Shown here: in pieces, positions 48,687 to 58,044 of the stretch
How positions within the stretch are numbered: position 1 is the stretch's first letter
Layout of the letters: every line of letters starts with the position of its first letter
NCBI GenBank assembly: GCA_003345545.1
Contig: PRDH01000017.1
Location: 1-64,000 of the forward strand
Length of the DNA stretch: 64,000 nt
Direction: 5' to 3'
Source of the DNA: Candidatus Thorarchaeota archaeon
GTDB taxonomy: Archaea > Asgardarchaeota > Thorarchaeia > Thorarchaeales > Thorarchaeaceae
Made by a program: the position numbers and the translations under genes
Notes under the pieces: model-generated
What the model saw: only the letters and a program-made list of their open reading frames with translations
What the model was told of the DNA's origin: nothing
Database searches by the model: none

Positions 48687-49568
48687 GTGTATCATCTTAA
48701 TGGCTGGGTGAATCAAGTGTCTAAGGAAGATGCACGAGAAGTTGGGCCAGTATACAGAGTGCTCTCACAAGATCTCTACAAGACTGGATTTCATGGTGAG
48801 GAGATAGGCTATCGACAGGATGAGATGTGGCGCTCCAAGAGTCGCCAATTCTCCAAAGACGCAGATATCGTTGGCAAGATTGAGGAAAGTCGTCGTACTA
48901 GTGAAAAGGAAAAACTCCCTCCTTTGAAGAAGACCGGATTCTTCGTTCTCAGGCAGTCTATGTGGAGTCAAATTGATGAGCAGGACCGCAGGCTCGTTGT
49001 GAAGTTGTTCTCAAATAGTGGCGGCTGGATTGCCTCGCTGGAAGAGATGATTGCCGAGGAGTATGCATCGAGCTTTGCATCTGACCGGCCTCTTGTTGCA
49101 TTCACTGTATTGACAAAGGAAAACGAGTTTGTTACCTGGGTCAAACAACTTCGCCGGGGCGGTCTCTCAACCGAGAACTTCGTTTTCTATATCCTTGGAC
49201 CGGACAATACGTTCGATACGTACAGGATTGAGGGTTCACGTGGCACCCTCGGTGATGACTTCAAGACCATTCGTTTGAAGGGAAATCAGACTGTCGCTGA
49301 GATTGACAGTAAATTCGGCGATTTCGGTGGCGAATTCAGCGTCAAGATAAAGGACCCCGTGTTAGCAGAAAATGAATGGTTCTGCCGCATACTTCAGTGC
49401 TTCTCTATCATGATTGCCTACCGCGGAGATATCCATGGAAAAATCGACAAGGGATTTCATCTATGGCAGGGCGGCAAGAAATTTCCTTCTCAAGATAGAA
49501 ATGAGGTGAGTCTTCTGGCCAATCCAAGAAAGCTCACTCTGAAGACAGATGAGCTTGAAGAGGTCTGA
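48687..49568 (+). CDS. Hypothetical protein, possible tubby/LURP-one/scramblase-like barrel
   Basis: YRIEG.....DDF.......TVAEIDSK......F.VKI followed by a hydrophobic helix; start may be GTG 48717. Confidence 0.55.
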   Translation: MYHLNGWVNQVSKEDAREVGPVYRVLSQDLYKTGFHGEEIGYRQDEMWRSKSRQFSKDADIVGKIEESRRTSEKEKLPPLKKTGFFVLRQSMWSQIDEQDRRLVVKLFSNSGGWIASLEEMIAEEYASSFASDRPLVAFTVLTKENEFVTWVKQLRRGGLSTENFVFYILGPDNTFDTYRIEGSRGTLGDDFKTIRLKGNQTVAEIDSKFGDFGGEFSVKIKDPVLAENEWFCRILQCFSIMIAYRGDIHGKIDKGFHLWQGGKKFPSQDRNEVSLLANPRKLTLKTDELEEV

Positions 49569-49736
49569 TTCCCCGATTCAACCATAGTAGCGGAGTCATT
49601 ATATCATTCGCGATTCTCATAGGAAAGGTGCAGGCCGGGACTAAGAGGAGGGAGTTGGAATGTGCTTGAAATCGCGGGCACGTGCAGCGAAACCAAGAGT
49701 AGCTGAAGGGTACTGGCTCTTCTCTCTATCATCTCA

Positions 49737-50753
49737 CTATCTCTGATGGTCTGTCTTCTCCGGCCCAAGTCGCTTCAGCACACGGAGAGCTCGCAATGTA
49801 ATCCATTTGCTAGGCATTCCCTCTTCCTCGATCTTTATCCATGCTCTCTTTGTTTCTGAGAAGTCCATCAGCCACCTACCATTTGACTGCATCTTCTCTC
49901 TGATTATCACCACGGCTCTATCCATTCTGGAGTCTCGTACTCCAAAAGAAGTGAGTATGTCAACGGCTTCCAAAGCATCGGCGCGCCAGTACCTGGGGAA
50001 CGCAAACTTCAACCATGCCTTCTTTATGGCTGGTTGACCTTCTCGGTTCACCCTATAGTAGCATACCTCGTTGTCTAGGCACGTCTGGACCTCACTATCA
50101 ATTATTGACCGTATCTTCTTTGAGCGTCTTTTGGGTGGGATTGCAGAAAACGCGCCAAGTGCCTTCATAGTCCCCATATAGCAATTCAAGGGGGTGACCT
50201 TCGAGGGATCTCCAGAATACGTTGAGCAGTGCCAGCCGCCCTCATTGCAGTGGGCGTCTTCGAAGAATTCTATAGCGTGCTGGATAGCAGGACTCTTCAG
50301 ATGACCAAGTAACGCGCCAGCCCGAAGTACGGCTGCGGTGATACACCACATCCATGTAGATGATGTTTCTTGACTGCGAGGATTCCTAACAGGTCTGTAG
50401 GCGATTCTTCCAGAAGGTAGCTGATAGTGACTGTGCAGGTGGTCGAGTGCTCTCTCTGTAGCCACAGAGGAGTCTGCACCCAGTTCAGCAAGGAGAAGCA
50501 ATGAGAATACAGTTCCCTTCTCCTCCCAGGTATCTCCTCTGGGTCCTCTCCAGCTGCCATCAGCCAATTGATGCCCGAGAATCTCCTTCAGGAGAGCGCT
50601 TCCTTGCACGGAACTGTGTGCTTCTATTACGTCAGGATGAGTACTCGGTAGAGCATTGATGTCAGTGAGTGTTCTGTATCTCACCGACGGGTCTGAACGT
50701 TGGAGTAACCATTCAATTGATGAACTATGAGTTCTGAGAAACTGATCATACAA
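49737..50753 (-). CDS. Prenyltransferase / squalene-cyclase-like (alpha/alpha toroid) repeat protein
   Basis: IEWLL...DP.VRY..L.D, Q..DGSW, GGW.C, F.FP.YW..D.LE, M..A...I..K...GRW, G.PSKWITLRAL; start taken at TTG 50753. Confidence 0.75.
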   Translation of the reverse strand: MYDQFLRTHSSSIEWLLQRSDPSVRYRTLTDINALPSTHPDVIEAHSSVQGSALLKEILGHQLADGSWRGPRGDTWEEKGTVFSLLLLAELGADSSVATERALDHLHSHYQLPSGRIAYRPVRNPRSQETSSTWMWCITAAVLRAGALLGHLKSPAIQHAIEFFEDAHCNEGGWHCSTYSGDPSKVTPLNCYMGTMKALGAFSAIPPKRRSKKIRSIIDSEVQTCLDNEVCYYRVNREGQPAIKKAWLKFAFPRYWRADALEAVDILTSFGVRDSRMDRAVVIIREKMQSNGRWLMDFSETKRAWIKIEEEGMPSKWITLRALRVLKRLGPEKTDHQR

Positions 50754-50884
50754 CTTGAATTCTGAATGGGGGTATCTCTTCCGATTGTGATAAAGTCTAT
50801 GCAATTGCAGATTCGAGAGGGCAAGTGGCCGTATGATGGCTGAGCCATGTATTCTAGTAACTGCATGGTAACAAGATGGTGTAG

Positions 50885-50983
50885 TGTGGTCAGGGACAGT
50901 AGGACTTAATGTGGTAGGAGGGGGGGAGTTATGTAATGAGGGCATGTTACGAAAAATCAAGCCCTACTGATACACTGACCACA
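50885..50983 (-). ncRNA. Candidate structured RNA / long imperfect inverted repeat
   Basis: 9-bp outer stem plus 14-bp inner stem whose two imperfections are both G-U on the minus strand. Confidence 0.4.
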
Positions 50984-51073
50984 TAGGCACTTGCGATTCT
51001 CCGCCTATTAAGGCTGCTGAATCACGAATCTGGAATTTGAGTCAGCTGCATGCAATTCATACCACTTCGTGGT

Positions 51074-53668
51074 CTAGTGCTTAGGAATGAGCAGTTCGAA
51101 GGTCGTCCTATTGTCGTTTCTCAATTGAATGTTCCATTTGTGGGCCTCGACAATTCGTCTGGCGATTGTCAGTCCGAATCCTTTTCCTGTTCTGCTGGTC
51201 GTAAAGCCCCTTTGAAAGAGCTTGGGCCGATACTTGCTCGGTATCTCTATGCCATCGTTAGAGACTGCGACGCAGTACATCCCTCCTCGCTCTGTCAGTT
51301 CGACACGTATGTGGTTTGGTTTGCCATGCTTGACTGCATTGTCAAATAGGTTTCTGAAGACCTGAGTGATCTTCATTTCGTCCGCCTTCACAACAGGCAG
51401 CGCATCCTGCGAGTATTCGATGCTCTCAGGTATGGTTGAGCTTGCCACGTTGCTCACCAATCTGCCAAGGTCCACATCGGTGAAATCCTCTTCAACAACG
51501 AGACCTGCATCTGCTAGCATCACTGAGTGATCCAGCAGGTCGCCTGTATCCCGAATGATGCCGTGAAGACGTTCGAGATGCTTGAGATCCTTTTCATCCT
51601 CTGCAAGCTCAATGAAACCCATCATATTATGGAAGATGCCTTTCAAGTCGTGGCTCATCGAATGTGCAAAATCACTCAGTTCCTCCCTCTGCTTCTCAAG
51701 CATTTCAACTGCCTCTTTCTGCTGCGTAATATCTGACATCACACCCTCAATGTAGCCTTCCTTTGATAGTCGATGCAGTGAGAATCTCATCCAGAGATGC
51801 TGCCCGTTTCTTCCAGTAACCTGCAACTCTGTCACGATGCGTTCCTCTTTCTTGAGTCGCTCCTTCAGATCCGCCCAATCTTTTGAACTCACCAATAGGT
51901 CCTTGAAGTGGCTCCATCCGTCGATGAGGCCTTGTCGGTTCTCAAAACCAAAGATCTTGCCAAAGTAGTCATTGCACTCAAGGATCATACTGTCTGAGAT
52001 TCTTGCGCGAAACAGTCCGATAAGCGCATTGTTGTACAATTCCTTGTAGTTCTGTCTACTCTCAAGAAGTGCTTGCTCTGCAAGGTATGTATCGGTGACA
52101 TTCTGAATATGAACGATGAATCCATGAAGTTCATCCTGCTTCCCATAGCGAAGTGGGGAAGCAACAGCATCGAGATACATGATCCCTGACTTGCTTGTCT
52201 TATACAGTCCGCTCTTCTTGACTTTTGAGAAATCGAATCGTGTTTTCGTTCTGGCGGCCTCTCCCCTACGCAGTTTCTCTTTGATGAGTTGCGGCGTATT
52301 GGGATCCGCGAAGAGGTCAAAACCAACGGCATCCTTCAAATCCTCCTGCCCAAAGAGCTGAAGGCTGGCTTTGTTTGCTCCAACCTGAATACCATTGGAG
52401 TCGAACAGCTCTATACAAATGGGCGACTCCTCGAAAATCGTCCTGAACATCTCTTCGTTGGCTCTTAGAGCAGCCTCTGTCCTACGACTTTTCGTCATAT
52501 CTGTGACATGAAGGACGTACCCCTTCGTTTGACCGTCGGGGCCCTGAAGGACGGAGAGGACCACATCCATATAGATGACATCACTTCTTGATGTGTTCAG
52601 GATATTCCTTTCTCTTACATACTTGAAATCCCATTTGTATTCGAACCGTTGCGTTTCTCTCTTCAGCACTCCTTCCAGCACTCTCTCTGGGAGTCTGGAT
52701 TCCTTGAAGAGATCCAAACCCAAAAGCGACTCACGATCCTTCATGCCAAGCATTTCCACAGCAGCCTTGTTTGCGTCAATGAGCAGGCCCTCGGAATCGA
52801 AGATACCAATGGCAGCTGGGGAGTTTTCGAAGACTCCTTGCCACCATTCTTCCCTTTTCTTGAGTTCGACATTCGTGTGTTCTGTTATATCTTGAACAAT
52901 GCCCATCATCCTGACTGCTCTGCCTTTATCATCGGATGTTACCTCTCCCTCTTCGTGAACATGACGGATAGATCCGTCCGGACGAACAATCCGATGGTCT
53001 ATGCTATAGGGACTCCTCTTATTCAATGCCTCGTCAACCGAATTCCTGACCAAGTCTCTATCGTCTGGGTGAACTGATTCTAGAAAAGCCTCGTATGTCG
53101 CTAGGAATTCCTGCGGTGCAAGGCCAAAGATACGATAGATCTCATCTGACCAGATCTCCTTGTTTTCGATAATATCCCAGACCCAGCTCCCCGAATGAGA
53201 TATCCTCTGAGCCTCGGCAAGCCTAGCTTCACTTTCCCGAAGCTTCTGTTCTGACTCTTTCAGAGCTCTCTTTGTCCTGCGCTTCTCAACGGCCATGAGA
53301 ATGTAATAGGACAACTCTGCATAGAGCCCTTGGATGTTTGATTCGCTTTTTCTGAGGTAGTAGTCAGCTCCAAGATTGAGTGCTTGGATTGCGAACTCCT
53401 CCCTGCTCTTTCCGGTGAAGATGATCAGCGGAATCTCATCACCGGACCTCCTCACGTGTTCGAGTATGTCCAATCCACTCCTAGTCTCTTCAGCAAGATC
53501 AATGTCGCACACAGCGGCATCGAAATTGCCTTCCTCAAGATGCTTGATGGCTTCAGCTGCGGTTTGGGCTGACACTATCTCAAAGTCTGGACTCTGCCGA
53601 CGTAAGAACCGTTCACTGAGCTCAAGGTGAACTGAATCATCATCTACCATTAGAACACGAACAGCCAT
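51074..53668 (-). CDS. Hybrid sensor histidine kinase (REC, four PAS, HisKA, HATPase)
   Basis: VDDD, CD, FTGK, GADYYL.K; PAS repeats (HPDD, R.DG, DIT); SHDLK H-box, NL..NA.KH, NDG, F.RGFTT, G.GFGL. Confidence 0.92.
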   Translation of the reverse strand: MAVRVLMVDDDSVHLELSERFLRRQSPDFEIVSAQTAAEAIKHLEEGNFDAAVCDIDLAEETRSGLDILEHVRRSGDEIPLIIFTGKSREEFAIQALNLGADYYLRKSESNIQGLYAELSYYILMAVEKRRTKRALKESEQKLRESEARLAEAQRISHSGSWVWDIIENKEIWSDEIYRIFGLAPQEFLATYEAFLESVHPDDRDLVRNSVDEALNKRSPYSIDHRIVRPDGSIRHVHEEGEVTSDDKGRAVRMMGIVQDITEHTNVELKKREEWWQGVFENSPAAIGIFDSEGLLIDANKAAVEMLGMKDRESLLGLDLFKESRLPERVLEGVLKRETQRFEYKWDFKYVRERNILNTSRSDVIYMDVVLSVLQGPDGQTKGYVLHVTDMTKSRRTEAALRANEEMFRTIFEESPICIELFDSNGIQVGANKASLQLFGQEDLKDAVGFDLFADPNTPQLIKEKLRRGEAARTKTRFDFSKVKKSGLYKTSKSGIMYLDAVASPLRYGKQDELHGFIVHIQNVTDTYLAEQALLESRQNYKELYNNALIGLFRARISDSMILECNDYFGKIFGFENRQGLIDGWSHFKDLLVSSKDWADLKERLKKEERIVTELQVTGRNGQHLWMRFSLHRLSKEGYIEGVMSDITQQKEAVEMLEKQREELSDFAHSMSHDLKGIFHNMMGFIELAEDEKDLKHLERLHGIIRDTGDLLDHSVMLADAGLVVEEDFTDVDLGRLVSNVASSTIPESIEYSQDALPVVKADEMKITQVFRNLFDNAVKHGKPNHIRVELTERGGMYCVAVSNDGIEIPSKYRPKLFQRGFTTSRTGKGFGLTIARRIVEAHKWNIQLRNDNRTTFELLIPKH

Positions 53669-53805
53669 TGGGTACTTGTCCCCCTAACAGACTGCTCATC
53701 TAGTGAGAAACACCTTATTACTCTTCACTTGAGAAAGCAAATTGATTCCGCCAAAGCTTAAATCCTTCTAGCTACTAACGGTGCTCATTAAGGGAGGTCC
53801 CAAAT

Positions 53806-55218
53806 TTGCATATTCCTATTCTCTCCACAATAGTAAGTGGTCTTGGTATTTTTCTTAGAACAAGAAGATACCTCGCCTACATGATTGTCTTTGTAGCCAC
53901 CACGTTCTTTGCGCTGTTCGTTTCGTGGTTGATGTCAGTCACAATAGGCTCTCCAATTGAGAATACGCTGTTCTACTTCTTCGTCTATATTGGTTCCACA
54001 GGTACAATCTACTTTGCTCTTGGAACACTTTTCATGAGTCTAAGGCTGGATCGCCTCTGGATTACAAGGAGAGGTCGAGGAAGAGTCACAGAGCTCAAAG
54101 GAGTGGCCTGGATGGCAGTATCCTTCGCCATTACGGTCTTTCTGTCTATTCTGGCAGGCCCTCTTCCACTCATCCTCATTGCTATGTTTTGTTGGGTGGG
54201 TTGGATTGCTTTCCAAGCCTATCTATCTACAAGAACCAGTCTCAGAGTCGCCACTATTGCTGAGCCCAAGAAGGGAGGTATTTTGATTGGCATAGGCAGT
54301 TTCATCATACTGTTGATTGGGCTTGGTCTCATTGCTGTCGAAGCAGTCGCTGCACTTTGGCTGATACCAAACGACGTGTTCGGCTTAGGCACGATAGTGC
54401 AGGGTATTCCAATGCTGAGTCAAGCAATGGCTAATCTTCAGTTGCAGTCAACCTTCTTACTCCTAGCATATGCCGCTATGGGTCTCTTCGCAGTGATAAT
54501 GCTGCTTGCGTTTCTAAGATACTCAGGAAGAGGAGCTGCACCGAACATCGCGATTCTAACTGTATTCATTGCAATCTACGCTGGCTACTTCCTCTTCAAT
54601 GTAATGAGAAGAGCAGAGGTCAGTGGGATGGGTCTAGTCGATATTTTCATGTCACTCTTCTTCCTAGCATATGCGATGAGTGGAATCGGTCGTACGGTGA
54701 CGGACTCACTTGAGGAGTCTAGGGCGCGTACGGGTGATTTGGGTCCCCTCCTGACATTCTTCTTAGCTGGCGGATTCTTCTTTGTAGACAGTATCATTAG
54801 CGTATCTGCAAATCCTTTGTCTCTAGTATTCACTGAATGGTTTGCTACAGGTACGGTGATTCAAACCAGTCCCTTCTTCTTGTTCCTATTTCGAGATGTT
54901 GCCAAGCTTATTGCATTCCCATTGACTGCAATCTTCACAGCTTTGTATTATCTTACTCATGAACGCACTGAGCGCATTGTTGAGCGCGCCAAGGAATCAG
55001 GCGAGACCTTCGAGCCCGGCAAGGTTGACAAGGACTTGGCCGAGCGAGCTCCAGCACCTGGCAAAGCTTGGCCCAGCGAGAGAGCCGAGGGCATCGAGAA
55101 AGGAAAACCCGGCCATGACCTTTCAGCACCTGATCCCAATCGCTTCACAGCTGAAAGCAGTCGCAGACTCGGCAAGGTCAAGCGATACGGCGAAGACGAT
55201 GAAGATAAGGAGAAATAG
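53806..55218 (+). CDS. Multi-pass membrane protein with charged C-terminal tail
   Basis: About 10 hydrophobic segments; GGAGGT upstream of the TTG start. Confidence 0.75.
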   Translation: MHIPILSTIVSGLGIFLRTRRYLAYMIVFVATTFFALFVSWLMSVTIGSPIENTLFYFFVYIGSTGTIYFALGTLFMSLRLDRLWITRRGRGRVTELKGVAWMAVSFAITVFLSILAGPLPLILIAMFCWVGWIAFQAYLSTRTSLRVATIAEPKKGGILIGIGSFIILLIGLGLIAVEAVAALWLIPNDVFGLGTIVQGIPMLSQAMANLQLQSTFLLLAYAAMGLFAVIMLLAFLRYSGRGAAPNIAILTVFIAIYAGYFLFNVMRRAEVSGMGLVDIFMSLFFLAYAMSGIGRTVTDSLEESRARTGDLGPLLTFFLAGGFFFVDSIISVSANPLSLVFTEWFATGTVIQTSPFFLFLFRDVAKLIAFPLTAIFTALYYLTHERTERIVERAKESGETFEPGKVDKDLAERAPAPGKAWPSERAEGIEKGKPGHDLSAPDPNRFTAESSRRLGKVKRYGEDDEDKEK

Positions 55219-55390
55219 ACTACCAAGCATAGGGGGTCTGACGCGACCCTCGTTTCTATTTCTTGAAACAATCTCGTCAGTGAGATGAGGCACCTATCGT
55301 CTGACAGCTGTGCCAATCAAGAAGTGAATCAATCAGAAGATTATCATGGGCCATAGGTTGATAAGAAGGGTAACTTTACCGCTAGCCAGT

Positions 55391-55537
55391 CTATGCTACC
55401 ATGGCAAAGAGAAGCAGAATGGTGACAATGACACCTGCGATGACGCAATTCACACAAGCGCCTTCTTCAATCTCTCTTTTGTCGCGTTTGCTCATTTTTC
55501 GTGACTCCTGAATTTCATCTTTGTCATCTTCGTTCAA
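55391..55537 (-). CDS. Uncalled 48-aa tail-anchored small protein with CxxC
   Basis: MNEDDKDEIQESRKMSKRDKREIEEGACVNCVIAGVIVTILLLFAMVA; GAGGTG and TTTTTA upstream. Confidence 0.5.
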   Translation of the reverse strand: MNEDDKDEIQESRKMSKRDKREIEEGACVNCVIAGVIVTILLLFAMVA

Positions 55538-55575
55538 TGGCTTGCCACCTCAGACGTCTTCAACGCGCACCGTTA

Positions 55576-55589
55576 AAAACGTACGTTTT
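55576..55589. promoter_or_regulatory. Perfect 14-bp palindrome AAAACGTACGTTTT overlapping a TATA-like word
   Basis: Read directly; about 40 bp upstream of the small ORF and 6 bp past the GNAT stop. Confidence 0.4.
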
Positions 55590-55594
55590 CATTC

Positions 55595-56077
55595 TTACTT
55601 CAGATCAATCTCCATCTCTATCTCATCGCGAATGGGTATTCCATACTTTCCTACAAATGGCAATTGGGGTTTCAGTTTCCTTGATTCTTCGGCTGCATAT
55701 CTATGAACTGCAGCAATCTCAAACCCTCTCTTCTGGTAGAATCGAATCGCATCGACATTGTCATTCGTTGTGATTAGCCAAAGACGTCGACATCTGTTCT
55801 TTCTCGCGATAGCCACTGCCTCATTCAAAAGCGCAGTCCCAACGCCTTTGTCTTCGTCAAGAGCATTCATCGTGACGATTTCAAGTTCATGATTCTTTAT
55901 CTTGTAAGTGAGTAGTCCTACTCTCTTTCCATCAATCTCCGCTATGATGCTTGGAAGCCGATCTGCTTCGTATGAAATGCCTCTGGTTACCACAATACTA
56001 GACGCCCAGTTGTCAAGGAGAACCTCAACTATCCACTCTCTGTCACTCTCAGTTGATTGCCGAATTGAGGAAGGCAT
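55595..56077 (-). CDS. GNAT N-acetyltransferase
   Basis: KGVGTALL, WLITTNDN.DA.RFYQKRGF, SR.LKP..P..G..GIP.RDE.E. Confidence 0.9.
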   Translation of the reverse strand: MPSSIRQSTESDREWIVEVLLDNWASSIVVTRGISYEADRLPSIIAEIDGKRVGLLTYKIKNHELEIVTMNALDEDKGVGTALLNEAVAIARKNRCRRLWLITTNDNVDAIRFYQKRGFEIAAVHRYAAEESRKLKPQLPFVGKYGIPIRDEIEMEIDLK

Positions 56078-56224
56078 GGTCCCTCTCACATCCTAATGGA
56101 TAACTGCGAACCCATTTTCGAAGTTCTCAAAAAACGTTCCGGCTCCAAATGGTTTATGACTCATTGCGATATATAGAACACCTGTACTCCTTAGGAGGTA
56201 TCTCCCATCTACAACTATGCTGAA

Positions 56225-56704
56225 GTGACCATCCGGCGTGCTAATCTATGCGAAGTTGATACCATAAAGGAGATAATTACCGAGGCTTACGAACCCATCA
56301 GGAAGCAGCTTTCACGAATGCCCGGCGCGCTCCAGGAGGGCTTAGCCAAGATTTCGCGTCATATACAGATGGGCGACCAGTATGTTGCATTGATTGGTGA
56401 CCAAGTCATAGGCACGATGAGGGCCAGAATTGCAGGAAATGTGGGCGTCATCTCGAGAGTTGCAGTTCGAAGCAGTTTCCGAGGGCGACGAATTGGTTCG
56501 ATGCTCGTAGAGTATGCAGAGAATCTCATGTCTCATATGGGTGCATCAGTAATTGAGATAGAAGTATATGGGGCAGTTGAAACGCAACTCTCTTTCTATG
56601 AGAAGATAGGGTATCACGAAACAGGTCGTTTGATGCGCCTGGGAGAAGAGATAGTAGTGATGCAGAAGGAGCTCGTAGAATCGCCAATGGAAGATGAGGA
56701 CTAG
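56225..56704 (+). CDS. GNAT N-acetyltransferase
   Basis: RVAV..SFRGRRIG..L, FYEK.GY. Confidence 0.85.
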   Translation: MTIRRANLCEVDTIKEIITEAYEPIRKQLSRMPGALQEGLAKISRHIQMGDQYVALIGDQVIGTMRARIAGNVGVISRVAVRSSFRGRRIGSMLVEYAENLMSHMGASVIEIEVYGAVETQLSFYEKIGYHETGRLMRLGEEIVVMQKELVESPMEDED

Positions 56705-57783
56705 GGGATGATTTCGCAGCCATTGTTATACCTTGGATAATCGAAGTCCTCGATGGCGATGTGCCCTTCGTCAATGAGTTTCTTGATCTCAGGAACGCGC
56801 GCTCTAATCGTGGAGATCAGGTGTTTCACGGTCTCACAGATTTTATAGAGTCCTTCCACGCCCCAGAGTCTTTCTCTGTTGGCAAAGAGACACCTGCCAC
56901 CACAGACGCCATACTCCTCACAGGATGGGCAGGGCTCGCTGACTTTCATGATGGCACGTATGTCACTTGGCTTTGTTTCCCTGATATTCCCCACAATCGT
57001 AGATTCCCAGTCTGGAGAGATAGGGCAAACACCAATGCTTCCATTAGCATGGATAGCGAATGTATCAATTCCGGAGCCGCACCTCAAATGCGAGGTTTTC
57101 CCTGTGAGCATTGTATACGCGAGTGGCAAAAATGGGACGATTCCCTCAACTATTCCTTCATCCATCTTGGCCACCCACTCTGCAACCAATCTTGTAATTC
57201 CCGGATTGTAATAGTTCGCAACCCAGCTATTGAAATCACTCCAGTTATTCTCGGCATCCCATACAACATTGAGTTGCCAGTGGACATGGTCAAACGATGG
57301 ATTCCTGAGACCCATCAAGTGATTGACGTCTCGGTAGATATCCGATTGTTGTGATACTGTCATTCTAGCTATGGTGTCGCCCCGAAATCCGATTTTGTCA
57401 AGCCACCGTACATTCTGCAATACTTGCTGATAGACGCCTTTTGACCGGTATTCATCCGTAACAGCTTCTGTTCCGTCAATCGATACCAGGATCGTATGAA
57501 GTCGCTCGACATAATCTGGTGGAATCTGATTTAGGCGCAGTGCATTTGTTTGAAGCGTGAAACGTGCATCCGGTAACCTGTCCATCAGCTTGCAGATGAG
57601 GGGAATCCGAATCGTTGGTTCTCCTCCATAGAGCATTAACTGGACATTATCATCTTTTTCAAGGAACTCAGCCAGCTCGTCCAGCGAGTAATGCAATTCT
57701 GTTTCGGGCCCCCTCTCCTCACCCCCATGGCAGTAGCAGCAGTTCAAGTTGCATCTTCTTGTCAAGATGATGTGATAGTTCAA
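56701..57783 (-). CDS. Radical SAM/SPASM protein, AF0577 (TIGR04084)-like
   Basis: CNLNCCYC, YGGEP, LQTN, SIDG, ARMT, HWQL, LRCGSG, CP, C..C....CGGRCL, C; start TTG 57783. Confidence 0.88.
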   Translation of the reverse strand: MNYHIILTRRCNLNCCYCHGGEERGPETELHYSLDELAEFLEKDDNVQLMLYGGEPTIRIPLICKLMDRLPDARFTLQTNALRLNQIPPDYVERLHTILVSIDGTEAVTDEYRSKGVYQQVLQNVRWLDKIGFRGDTIARMTVSQQSDIYRDVNHLMGLRNPSFDHVHWQLNVVWDAENNWSDFNSWVANYYNPGITRLVAEWVAKMDEGIVEGIVPFLPLAYTMLTGKTSHLRCGSGIDTFAIHANGSIGVCPISPDWESTIVGNIRETKPSDIRAIMKVSEPCPSCEEYGVCGGRCLFANRERLWGVEGLYKICETVKHLISTIRARVPEIKKLIDEGHIAIEDFDYPRYNNGCEIIP

Positions 57784-58044
57784 AGGTGGCCTGCTCCATG
57801 TTTCAGTGCGGCAGTCTTGTGTGTTCGCGTAAATAAAGAGAACTAGCGCGGCAAATGCGGTTCTCTGCTTCAGGACATACGTCTGCCTCACTCCACATTT
57901 GTGATGCAGAGATATGGTTTCAGTTCTAACGGGACCATCGTTCTTACATCTGAACTTTTTCTTTTCGGCACGAATAGGACATTCGGTGTGCTATCGACAA
58001 GCTTATGATTGCTCCGATACCAGTTCGCAACGGAGGTCCCACCA

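Noticed and set aside
50754-50960. N-terminal 69-aa extension of the prenyltransferase-repeat ORF
   Set aside because: The composition is atypical, family similarity starts at IEWLL, and a TATA-like word near 50790 fits the TTG at 50753.
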